Assembly (NCBI GenBank): GCA_001775095.1
Contig: MFCA01000029.1
Span: forward strand, 153,173-217,172
Reading direction: 5' to 3'
Source: Candidatus Curtissbacteria bacterium RIFOXYA1_FULL_41_14
GTDB lineage: Bacteria; Patescibacteriota; Microgenomatia; Curtissbacterales; GWA2-41-24
Length of the DNA: 64,000 nucleotides
The notes under the pieces were generated by a model. The model did no database searches, was not told the origin of the DNA, and saw only the letters and a list, made by a program, of their open reading frames with translations. Below are positions 55,871 through 64,000 of the stretch, piece after piece (the stretch's first letter is position 1; every line of letters begins with the position of its first letter). A program made the position numbers and the translations under genes.

Positions 55871-56880
55871 TATCTTGTGACATATTGCCTTTTATAATAA
55901 TCTTCAAATTTCTTGTCTTTCAACTTTTGCCACCAATCTTTATTGCCCTGGTACCATTTGACGGTTTCCTCAAGGGCCTGGTCAAAGTCGTATTTTGGCT
56001 GCCAGCCTAGGTCCTTCTTTATTTTAGTCGCATCGATTGCATAACGTCTATCATGGCCGGGTCTGTCTTTAACATATTCGATTTTTTCTTCCCCAAAGCC
56101 TAAAGTTTTGAGGATTTTTTTGATGATTAAAATATTGGGAATATCGTTATCAACCCCGATGCAATATGTTTCCCCTATCTTACCTTTTTCAAGCACCAGA
56201 TCAATTGCACGGCAATGATCTTCGACATACAGCCAATCCCGCACGTAAAGGCCGTCTCCGTAAACAGGAATCTTTTTGCCTTCCAAAAGATTGGTGATAG
56301 CAAGGGAAATCAATTTTTCCGGAAATTGATAGGGGCCAAAGTTGTTAGAGCAGTTAGTAATGGTAATCGGAAGAGAAAAAGTGTGAAAGTAAGCTCGAAC
56401 CAAATGATCGGAGGCTGCTTTTGAAGCGGCATACGGACTATTAGGGCTGTATTTTGTCTCCTCATTGAATCTGTCTTTCGAGTCGAGAGTAAGCGCTCCA
56501 AAAACCTCGTCGGTTGACACGTGATGAAATTTCCTGACCTTGTTTTTCAAAGCAGCGTCCAAAAGTATTTGGGTGCCGACAACATTGGTGGTGATAAAGG
56601 GCGCGGGATCAAGGATTGATCTGTCAACATGCGACTCGGCAGCAAAATTGACAACAATATCAATACCAGCCATTGCTTCTTTGACCGATACCGGATCGGA
56701 AATGTCGCCTTTTATGAAATTGTAATTGGAATTTTTCTCGAGGTCCTTTAAACTTTCTAGATTACCAGCATAAGTCAGTTTGTCAAAATTTGTTACTTTA
56801 TCTTGAGGATGATTTTTAAGCCAATAATGGATGAAATTCGAACCAATAAAACCAGCTCCGCCCGTTACTAATATCTTCAT
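55870..56880 (-). CDS. rfbB: dTDP-glucose 4,6-dehydratase
   Basis: TGGAGFIGSNF, DKLTYAGN, AAESHVDRS, STDEV, DRPGHDRRY. Confidence 0.95.
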   Translation of the reverse strand: MKILVTGGAGFIGSNFIHYWLKNHPQDKVTNFDKLTYAGNLESLKDLEKNSNYNFIKGDISDPVSVKEAMAGIDIVVNFAAESHVDRSILDPAPFITTNVVGTQILLDAALKNKVRKFHHVSTDEVFGALTLDSKDRFNEETKYSPNSPYAASKAASDHLVRAYFHTFSLPITITNCSNNFGPYQFPEKLISLAITNLLEGKKIPVYGDGLYVRDWLYVEDHCRAIDLVLEKGKIGETYCIGVDNDIPNILIIKKILKTLGFGEEKIEYVKDRPGHDRRYAIDATKIKKDLGWQPKYDFDQALEETVKWYQGNKDWWQKLKDKKFEDYYKRQYVTR

Positions 56881-57608
56881 TATTCTTTCTTGATTTCCTT
56901 GGCAACCAAAACATTGGCGCGTAGAAGTTCATCAAAAGAAGTCCCGGCATCGACCCACCAGCTCGTAAGAATTTTGCAGATCATAGTTCCTTCTTCTACA
57001 TATTTATTATTTAAATCGGTTACTTCCAATTCGCCGCGGGTGGAAGGATTTTGCTTTTTGATAAAGTCAAAGACCCGGCCGTCATACATGTAAATTCCGG
57101 TTTGACCAATATCGCTTTTGGGCTTTTGGGGTTTTTCTTCAATAGAAACTACTTTGCCGTCTTTAACTTCAATTACCCCATATTGTTTGCTTTCGGTTGC
57201 CATATGTTTACCGTAAACAACTGCACCTTTTGCAATCTTTTCAAACTCATCAACATCTGGCTTTAGAGATTGGGTGAAGATATTGTCTCCCAAAATAACC
57301 AAAATTTTGTCATTATCCGAAAAATCGCAGGCTAAATTAATGGCTTGGGCAATTCCGCCTGCTTCTTCCTGGATCTCGTAGGAAAGCCGGAGGTTAAAAT
57401 CTTTGCCGCTTTTAAGAAGATTTATGAAAGAGCCGCTGTGGCTTGGGCCGGTAATAACCAAGACATCTTTGATGCCGGCTCTGGCCATGGCCTCAAGGGG
57501 ATAAAAAATCATTGGCTTATCGTAGATGGGAAGAAGATGCTTATTGGTTACCCAAGTTAAGGGCCTGAGGCGCGTAGCATTACCGCCGGCCAGAATAACG
57601 CCTTTCAT
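56880..57608 (-). CDS. rfbA: Glucose-1-phosphate thymidylyltransferase (short form)
   Basis: GVILAGG.ATRL.PLT...NKHLLP.YDKPM, LGDN, EKP, S.RGELEVTD. Confidence 0.9.
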   Translation of the reverse strand: MKGVILAGGNATRLRPLTWVTNKHLLPIYDKPMIFYPLEAMARAGIKDVLVITGPSHSGSFINLLKSGKDFNLRLSYEIQEEAGGIAQAINLACDFSDNDKILVILGDNIFTQSLKPDVDEFEKIAKGAVVYGKHMATESKQYGVIEVKDGKVVSIEEKPQKPKSDIGQTGIYMYDGRVFDFIKKQNPSTRGELEVTDLNNKYVEEGTMICKILTSWWVDAGTSFDELLRANVLVAKEIKKE

Positions 57609-57653
57609 ATAGAGTAATTATATCTTTTGTGCTCCTTTTTTTCTAACTGAAGA

Positions 57654-57666
57654 CACCCCTGGGGTG
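57654..57666. repeat. REP palindrome upstream of RAYT
   Basis: CACCCCTGGGGTG. Confidence 0.85.
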
Positions 57667-57705
57667 GATTTATATTGGCACATCAGGTAAAATAGGTCAG
57701 TTACT

Positions 57706-58371
57706 ATGCCTCGAAGAAATCTTGTCCTGGCAAAGGATGAAATTTATCACATATTCAATCGATCCATTGCTCGAGAAAACATCTTCTCTAATAAGATTAA
57801 TCTTAAAAAGGCGTTGGAAATTCTTCATTTTTATCGTTTTCCTCAGCAGCTGAGGCTTTCTAAATTTAAGACTTTGACTGAAATCCAAAAAAAAGATTAC
57901 CTTCTGGCATTGAAAGATAAGTCACCTCTTGTTGAGATATATAGTTTTGCTTTAATGCCAAATCACTATCATTTATTGTTAAAACAACTTCAGGATAATG
58001 GCATTGTTCGATTTATTGCAAACTTCCAAAACAGTTTTGCTAAAGTATTCAATCTTAAAAATGAACGAGATGGGGCAGTTTTTCAAAATTCCTTTAAGGC
58101 AAAAAGGGTTGAAACCGATGAACAATTTATCCATATTTCGCGCTATATACATTTGAATCCAGTAACTGCTTACCTGATTAACTTTAACCAGTTGGCAAAT
58201 TATCCCTGGACATCTTTCCCAATATATGTAAATGAGGATAAAAATTCATTTGTAGCTGTTAATTTTCTCCTACACTTATTTGGATCTAAAGACAAATACG
58301 CTGATTTTGTTGCAGATCAGGTAAGCTATCAGCGGGAATTAGCTTCGATTAAAGATTTGATTATCGATTAA
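57706..58371 (+). mobile_element. REP-associated tyrosine transposase (RAYT; IS200-like HUH, Y1)
   Basis: YHIFNR, LMPNHYHLL (HUH), G.VFQ..FK, RYIHLNPV (catalytic Tyr), YPWTS; flanked by identical palindromes. Confidence 0.88.
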
Positions 58372-58394
58372 ATCCTGGTGTGTCAATATAGAGT

Positions 58395-58407
58395 CACCCC
58401 TGGGGTG
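58395..58407. repeat. REP palindrome downstream of RAYT
   Basis: CACCCCTGGGGTG. Confidence 0.85.
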
Positions 58408-58421
58408 TGTTAGTAAGGTGA

Positions 58422-60752
58422 TTGACATGTACAGGGAAGATAGTGTTTGCTGGAAATAGGTTGATTTTTAAAGTAATTTTAACAGTCCTAATAGCCCTTT
58501 CTATCACATTAACCAAACCGACAGATTCTCTTGGCATAGATTACAATTTAACAGGACAATGGGCTTGGTCAGACAGAACCTCAGGAGGCAATTATTTTTA
58601 CGGAACGGCAGAGATAAGGCATGACGGGACTACGTTAACCCTTACATGGATATGGCATGACCAATTCCAATCTGAATGGACAGGAGGAGGATTTACTCAA
58701 AACGAAACTTTTTTCCTTGATGGCACTTATAACAACGGTCAACTCACTGCTCACTGGGATGGGGTTATTTTACAAAATGGTAACCGGTTAGAAGGAACAT
58801 GGGCTCAATTCGACAGCGCAGGGAATCCTGGCGGCAACGGAACTTTTACTGCTCAAAAATCGGGCCCTTTACCAAGTGCAACACCATTACCGACCCCAAG
58901 TCCATCGCCTTCCCCAAGCCCCAGCCCCAGTCCTACCCCTACCCCATTTTTGGATTTGCCGTGGGATTATGAGGGGGAGAAGTTGAGCTTTAACGATGCG
59001 GCTTTGGCGATCAATTCATACTTTGATCATACTTATCCATTGCTCAGCTTAAGCTTATCTGAGCCAGATGTTAATAAAAACCAAATAACTACCTTCGAAA
59101 ATGAAAATAGTACTTCGAAAAGCTATTCTAGCCATGACGGATATGATTATGGTAGAAGTGCAGGAGCAACTATTGGCGATCCAGTCTTAGCAGCAGCAGG
59201 CGGTTGCGCTTCGTATTTAAAAACCGGAGCAGGCGGTAACACAATCAGAATTGATCATGGCAATCATTATCAGACAAGATACTTGCACTTACAGGACGAT
59301 GGTTTAATCACCAAATCAACCGCTTGCGTAAATGTTATTCAGGGCCAGCAAATCGGCAAAATAGGATCAACCGGTAATTCAACAGGAGCCCATATTCACT
59401 TCATGGTTGTAGAGGACAAAAATGGAGACGGAGATTTTGATGATAATATCCCGGACGGCGTAACCGACCCCTTTGGTTGGCAAAGCGATGCAACCGATCC
59501 GTGGCCGGATTATTCATGGAAATACGAAGGCGAAGAAAAAGATCGGACAGGCAATGCCAGTTTCTATCTCTGGACAACGGCAATTGCCAACCTTTCTGAC
59601 CAGTTAACTTCAAACGGCGGATTCTTTGAACTTGAGCGCTACAGGTTAAATTTTCCTCAAGACGCAACTGGCCAAGATCTAAACCTGGAAATTCAAGCAG
59701 AACCAAATGCCAAGCCTTCAAATTTGCTTCATTCTATTGGTTCTACAATAAAAGTCACAGCCAAAGACTTATCCGGTAACATTGTTGACAGTTTTGCGGA
59801 TTTCTTCACAGTGACAATTGATTTTAACCCCTTTGACATAAGCAGTTATGACCCGAACTCGCTTGCTATTTACTCAAGCGAAGATGGTGTCAATTGGACA
59901 AAAGAGGAAACGACTGTCGATCTAAACGAAAAGACTGCATCCGCGCAGCTTAATCATTTAAGCTATTTTGCACTCATGGCCCAAAGGCTGGATACTACTG
60001 CTCCAATTACAACTGCTGTTTTGGTTGGTAATCAGGGAGAAACTAATTGGTTTCGATCTGACGTTCAATTAACTCTCGACGCTGCGGATAATCCGGGCGG
60101 TTTAGGAATCGATTACACCATGTACAAAATCAATGATCAAGACTGGCAACAATATACGCCATCTCTCACATTTAATACCGAGGGCAGTTATGAAATCGAA
60201 TTTTACTCGGTCGACAATGATGAAAATATCGAGGATGTAAAAAGTATTACTTTTGACATTGACAAAACTGTCCCCGAAGCAAAAGTATTTATTGATCAAA
60301 ACTTAAATGACCTGGTAGTTATTGGGGTTGACCAAAACCAGACTATAGTTACGAGAGCCAGCAACCATGAAACAAAGAAAAGAGACGACGCAATTTACAC
60401 GATCGCGGACCAGGCCGACAACACCCTGAAACTTGATGTACGAGACCGCGACAGGTTAAAGCGGGATAGATTTGAAATATTCTCGTTGACTTATAATCAG
60501 GATCTTGAAGTTACCACCTCTGATAATCATTACAACGTGTTTTACCAAGGTAGGAAAGACAAACTCAATGTCAAAGAGCAAAATTTTGAAATCGACGGAG
60601 AAGTAAGGATAAGAATTAAATATGACAGGAAAAAAGACCAAAGCACTATTATCACTAAAGAGGCCGGTATGGAAAAAGTTAAAGAGATAAAAAGCGGGTT
60701 AATTCTATTGTTGCTTAATACTAATAGTGGTAATCTGGAATATGGATACTAA
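58422..60752 (+). CDS. Secreted multidomain M23-family peptidase with Pro/Ser/Thr linker and Ig-like domains
   Basis: H.G.D (HDGYDY), PVLAAAGG, TRYLHL, GSTGNSTGAHIHF; DTTAP.T Ig-like repeat; start codon uncertain. Confidence 0.82.
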   Translation: MTCTGKIVFAGNRLIFKVILTVLIALSITLTKPTDSLGIDYNLTGQWAWSDRTSGGNYFYGTAEIRHDGTTLTLTWIWHDQFQSEWTGGGFTQNETFFLDGTYNNGQLTAHWDGVILQNGNRLEGTWAQFDSAGNPGGNGTFTAQKSGPLPSATPLPTPSPSPSPSPSPSPTPTPFLDLPWDYEGEKLSFNDAALAINSYFDHTYPLLSLSLSEPDVNKNQITTFENENSTSKSYSSHDGYDYGRSAGATIGDPVLAAAGGCASYLKTGAGGNTIRIDHGNHYQTRYLHLQDDGLITKSTACVNVIQGQQIGKIGSTGNSTGAHIHFMVVEDKNGDGDFDDNIPDGVTDPFGWQSDATDPWPDYSWKYEGEEKDRTGNASFYLWTTAIANLSDQLTSNGGFFELERYRLNFPQDATGQDLNLEIQAEPNAKPSNLLHSIGSTIKVTAKDLSGNIVDSFADFFTVTIDFNPFDISSYDPNSLAIYSSEDGVNWTKEETTVDLNEKTASAQLNHLSYFALMAQRLDTTAPITTAVLVGNQGETNWFRSDVQLTLDAADNPGGLGIDYTMYKINDQDWQQYTPSLTFNTEGSYEIEFYSVDNDENIEDVKSITFDIDKTVPEAKVFIDQNLNDLVVIGVDQNQTIVTRASNHETKKRDDAIYTIADQADNTLKLDVRDRDRLKRDRFEIFSLTYNQDLEVTTSDNHYNVFYQGRKDKLNVKEQNFEIDGEVRIRIKYDRKKDQSTIITKEAGMEKVKEIKSGLILLLLNTNSGNLEYGY

Positions 60753-61286
60753 ATGACTAAAATTCTCCTGTCGGTCTTAATCATTACTGCTGTTTTAGTA
60801 GGCGGTTATTTTGGCTATAAACAAATTAGCCAGACGCCAGAAGGAAAAACAACACCTGCCAGTACAATAACGCCCGTAACCAGCCCAGGGAATCAAGAAC
60901 TAAAAACTTTCAAATCAAAAAATATTCAATTCGCTGTTCAAGTTCCTAAAAATTTTGAAGTCCAAGAAAAAATTGCCTATGTCGATTTAATATCTAGTGT
61001 GGGAAGGATAAATTTAAGCAGGAATGCAACAAATTTTGATTCGATCAAAGATTACTTAAATGATTTTGATTCTAAAAGAGAAGTAGAGGTGAGTAATGAA
61101 GTAATTATAAATATCGGTGCTTATGATTCTATAAAAAGAATTGAGAATTTTAATATAGGCCCTATTGATGAACAAAACTTATATTTTATCTATGTAGATA
61201 ATTGGGTCTATTCAATCTCTACATCTACCCAATCCCTTTACCCTGTCCTTGACCAAATTGCCCAGTCCTTCCGCTACATACCATAA
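60753..61286 (+). CDS. Membrane-anchored hypothetical protein (PsbP-like fold possible)
   Basis: N-terminal TM, Thr/Pro linker, C-terminal DQIAQSFRY; starts immediately after the M23 gene stop. Confidence 0.65.
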   Translation: MTKILLSVLIITAVLVGGYFGYKQISQTPEGKTTPASTITPVTSPGNQELKTFKSKNIQFAVQVPKNFEVQEKIAYVDLISSVGRINLSRNATNFDSIKDYLNDFDSKREVEVSNEVIINIGAYDSIKRIENFNIGPIDEQNLYFIYVDNWVYSISTSTQSLYPVLDQIAQSFRYIP

Positions 61287-61338
61287 AGAACCAGAATTGG
61301 AATTAGGTTCTTTATATTAAACGATTTACAGCCTTATG

Positions 61339-61395
61339 GCTCACCCCTGGGGTGAGCATAGTTTTTGCTGAAGCGCACCCCAGGGGTGTTGCTGG
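61339..61395. repeat. REPIN-like 57-bp unit, copy 2
   Basis: CACCCCTGGGGTG (61342) and CACCCCAGGGGTG (61376). Confidence 0.87.
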
Positions 61396-61409
61396 GTAGA
61401 AAATTTTTG

Positions 61410-62489
61410 TTATATTTCGCAAGAAATTTCGGTTTCGGCGTCGCAGGTATCTCTACCTAGATTACCATTAGCTTTGTCTGTGTCTTGTCCTCCTAAAAGA
61501 GTATCATTACCATTCCCGCCACTCATCTGATCATTTCCCTCATTCCCCTCTATGTAATCATTGCCGTTTGAGGCGTCAAATTTATCGTTGCCCAAGCCGC
61601 CGATCATATAATCATCACCGTTAGAACCGTCAAAAACGTCATTGCCATCTTCTCCAAACATCCTGTCATTGCCGTTTGAACCATCAAGTTTATCGTCACC
61701 GGAGCCAGCAATTAATAGATCGTTACCGTTTGAACCATCGAGTTTGTCATTACCTTCATTACCAAAAACTACGTCATTGCCATTTGAAGCATACAGCTTG
61801 TCATTACCCGGTCCGCCGATAATGCAATCATTTCCGTTTGAGCCGTTTATTTTGTCGTTGCCTTCAAAGCCGAAGATTAGATCATTGCCGTTGGTGCCGT
61901 GGAGATTGTCATTGTTTTCTGTGCCGAAAATCGGATTGCCGGAAAATCTTATATTTTGACATTCGTCTGGTACATGAATTGCAATGCCGATCACAAGATC
62001 GAAAACGACACTTGCACCCTGAAAATCATTATTGGCGGATGCGTTGAAAGTTACTTTGAATGTGTAGGTTGTTGTTTGCGATGGACCAAGAGTAGAAAGA
62101 GGAATTCCGTCCGGACCGGCGCTGTCTGCGAAAAATTGGGAAAGGGTGCTGGAATAAAGAATCGTGGCGCCTTCTGTGATAACGATATCAAGGACTGTTG
62201 AAAGATCACCGGTTTCTGAGGTTTTAACCCCGCGAACCCCAACCGGTCTTGCGGTTGAGGCGTTGTTAATAACGTCTACTGATCTTTCTTCGGTTTGGCC
62301 GGGCATCATGTTGGTAACCACAAAAATCGGATCACCGTCGGTCACCCCCCAGTTAACGTTCAGATCGCCGATTGCCCTAACCGTGCTGTCACTTTGTAAG
62401 AAATTTGGAGAGGCGAGATTAAATGCTAAGGCAGCAACTATGCCTATTACAAAAATCTTTACTATTCTAAATTTGATTTTGGTTTTCAT
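61410..62489 (-). CDS. Secreted TasA/camelysin-like protein with RTX-type calcium-binding repeats
   Basis: N-terminal TM, NM.PG, F..SA.N.FQG, many G..GND.L.G nonapeptides; ATG 62489 preferred. Confidence 0.75.
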   Translation of the reverse strand: MKTKIKFRIVKIFVIGIVAALAFNLASPNFLQSDSTVRAIGDLNVNWGVTDGDPIFVVTNMMPGQTEERSVDVINNASTARPVGVRGVKTSETGDLSTVLDIVITEGATILYSSTLSQFFADSAGPDGIPLSTLGPSQTTTYTFKVTFNASANNDFQGASVVFDLVIGIAIHVPDECQNIRFSGNPIFGTENNDNLHGTNGNDLIFGFEGNDKINGSNGNDCIIGGPGNDKLYASNGNDVVFGNEGNDKLDGSNGNDLLIAGSGDDKLDGSNGNDRMFGEDGNDVFDGSNGDDYMIGGLGNDKFDASNGNDYIEGNEGNDQMSGGNGNDTLLGGQDTDKANGNLGRDTCDAETEISCEI

Positions 62490-62504
62490 AATTTGTTCTT
62501 TCCC

Positions 62505-62636
62505 GAGGTCCAACCTCCGGGAGGTCGGACCTCCCCAAAACCTATCTATCCCGATATGCAAACCTATTTCACTTCCGAAGTGTAATAGCTTGGCACTTCG
62601 GGTTTCCCGTCATCCTGAACTTGATTCAGGATCCAG
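62505..62636. repeat. Cluster of intergenic palindromes
   Basis: gaggtccaacctcc-g-ggaggtcggacctc (62505-62533), CACTTCCGAAGTG (62570-62582), gtcatcctgaacttgattcaggatccag (62609-62636). Confidence 0.8.
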
Positions 62637-62653
62637 AAATGTAATTGTTGTTC

Positions 62654-64000
62654 TCATGGCGAGCAAAAGTTGTTATTTGTTGTACCTTTTGTCGCTGTCG
62701 CGCAATTCAGGAAATTACCTGATCCGTCTGTTTCTCTACCTATTGATTGACCAACTGTAACCGATCCGTAAGTATGCGAATCGATCACTGTATTTGAAAG
62801 GTCTTTTAAGTAGAAGGTATCCCCATCATTGTTTAAATAAGCATCATTTATATCCAGGGTAGCAAAAGAATTAGGAGAGATAGTTCCTAGTCCTGTAAGG
62901 CTTTTTGTTGTAGCGGTGAGATCTTGAATATACCAACCTGTTAAATCAACAGGGATGGATCCAGCATTGTAGATTTCTACCCACTCCGGATTTCCATTTG
63001 CAACAAATTCATTGATAACAACTCCTTGGGCACTTGGTGACGCACTTGGCGTTGGCGTAGGTGCCGGGGATGACCCCGGACTTGCGCTTGGTGTCGGACT
63101 CGGTGTTGGTGATGGGTTGGGGCTAGTCCTAACACATAGAGTAATTGCATCAACAGCATCAAGATCGTAACCGTCGGCATCACTAGCGTGAATTGCCGGA
63201 TCTGTAGTATCTGTTATACGAATATAATTAATCTGTGAAGGTACTCCCGAGGTGTTAGAAAGATCGATCAAGATTACTCCGTTTACACCTGATTGACTAG
63301 TTATTTCATCATCCAGAAGTATCCAAGTGTCATTATCAACGCCCACCTCAACCATAGCTTTTTCTAAAGGATAACTATTGCGGCTATTAGTAATTTCGTG
63401 GAATGACAGATCTGGTCCTTCTCCGTTTAGGACAGGGCTGGAAAAATGCAAAACAATGTTGCCTCCGAAACCTAAACTAAAAAATCCTGATGCAGGATTT
63501 CCTACACCATCTGGTGAATCTAGCGCATCATTGGGATCACTTCTTTCTGATAATACCGGTGTGCCATTTTTACGCAGACCTTGACTGGAACTTATGACAG
63601 TGGATGCCCAGAAAGTGCCTGTTTGCGGCTCGCAAAAACTTTCTGCTGCCTGGAAGATGTTGCCGGTTGAGGTTTCTGTATCGGAAAAATAGGCAAAGGC
63701 ATTGTTCATAACCATTACGCTCATAAAAACCGGAATGATAACTTTAAGGCCGGCGAAGTTTTCCTTGGGAGCGGGAACCTGCACAAGCCGGTTTTGCCTT
63801 TTAATTTCCTTATAGATATTGACCATTTCCAAAATAATAACCAGAAGGGCCGGGAAAATTACCAGAAGGGGAAAGCCGATGTTGCTTTTGGCGAAGGCGA
63901 AAAGCTTGCCAAAATGGGGTAATCGGAACATGCTTTTGCCGACAACGTTTTCCTCGGCAACCAGATTTTCATCCGCAGAATCGTTAGCGTCGCCCTTTGT
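62654..64000 (-). CDS. SipW-type signal peptidase I fused to a SipW-substrate-type region and a lamin-tail-like domain (5' part outside the window)
   Basis: Frame is open to the window end: TKGDANDSAD..VVGK; then AYFSDTETSTGN.F; VVINEF..N..EWVEIYN lamin-tail-like motif. Confidence 0.75.
   Translation of the reverse strand, partial: TKGDANDSADENLVAEENVVGKSMFRLPHFGKLFAFAKSNIGFPLLVIFPALLVIILEMVNIYKEIKRQNRLVQVPAPKENFAGLKVIIPVFMSVMVMNNAFAYFSDTETSTGNIFQAAESFCEPQTGTFWASTVISSSQGLRKNGTPVLSERSDPNDALDSPDGVGNPASGFFSLGFGGNIVLHFSSPVLNGEGPDLSFHEITNSRNSYPLEKAMVEVGVDNDTWILLDDEITSQSGVNGVILIDLSNTSGVPSQINYIRITDTTDPAIHASDADGYDLDAVDAITLCVRTSPNPSPTPSPTPSASPGSSPAPTPTPSASPSAQGVVINEFVANGNPEWVEIYNAGSIPVDLTGWYIQDLTATTKSLTGLGTISPNSFATLDINDAYLNNDGDTFYLKDLSNTVIDSHTYGSVTVGQSIGRETDGSGNFLNCATATKGTTNNNFCSP

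Noticed and set aside
58880-58947. CCAAGC/CCCAGC short tandem repeats (also about 63015-63125)
   Set aside because: Explained by Pro/Ser/Thr protein linkers
61440-61930. 27-nt periodicity
   Set aside because: Explained by RTX-type nonapeptide repeats
62490-62561. Longer start for the RTX-like gene
   Set aside because: Extension is translated palindrome; MKTKIKF gives a normal signal region
62164-62760. 198-aa plus-strand ORF
   Set aside because: Antisense to two well-supported genes and runs through repeat DNA; no recognisable motif
854-63584. Numerous 60-130 aa ORFs nested in or antisense to long CDSs
   Set aside because: Shadow ORFs without motifs, as expected by chance
1-64000. tRNA/rRNA genes or alternative genetic code
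   Set aside because: No cloverleaf or rRNA-like sequence recognised; TGA acts as stop in many ATGA overlaps and ORFs are full length under the standard code

Overview
Gene-dense, AT-rich bacterial window. The gene content and repeat families resemble a Candidate Phyla Radiation/Microgenomates-type genome; this is an inference, and the standard code fits (TGA = stop). About 57 kb is one mostly minus-strand surface-glycosylation region: about 19 GT-C-type integral membrane glycosyltransferases (ArnT/PMT-like, YfhO-like, GT87-like), four polyprenol-phosphate sugar synthases, GT2/GT4 enzymes, a Wzx flippase and nucleotide-sugar genes (rmlABCD, gmd/rmd-like, ugd, wecC-like), with pyrB and pyrC interspersed. 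Surface-protein genes follow (M23 peptidase, RTX-like, SipW fusion). The most unusual signal is a population of small repeat elements. (i) A 423-bp element with perfect 14-bp terminal inverted repeats and a 6-bp flanking direct repeat encodes only a GIY-YIG nuclease plus a hairpin-rich leader and has inserted into the pyrB 3' end. (ii) A RAYT/HUH transposase sits among 13-bp REP palindromes and REPIN-like doublets. (iii) Heptamer arrays and palindromic elements, some nested, are inserted in frame in glycosyltransferase genes, three times at the same paralogous loop. (iv) A 47-bp tandem repeat sits in an ATGA gene overlap and creates a chain of coupled mini-ORFs. (v) A candidate structured leader RNA with a terminator lies upstream of a cell-wall hydrolase. 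All calls are from reading the sequence; no database searches were run.
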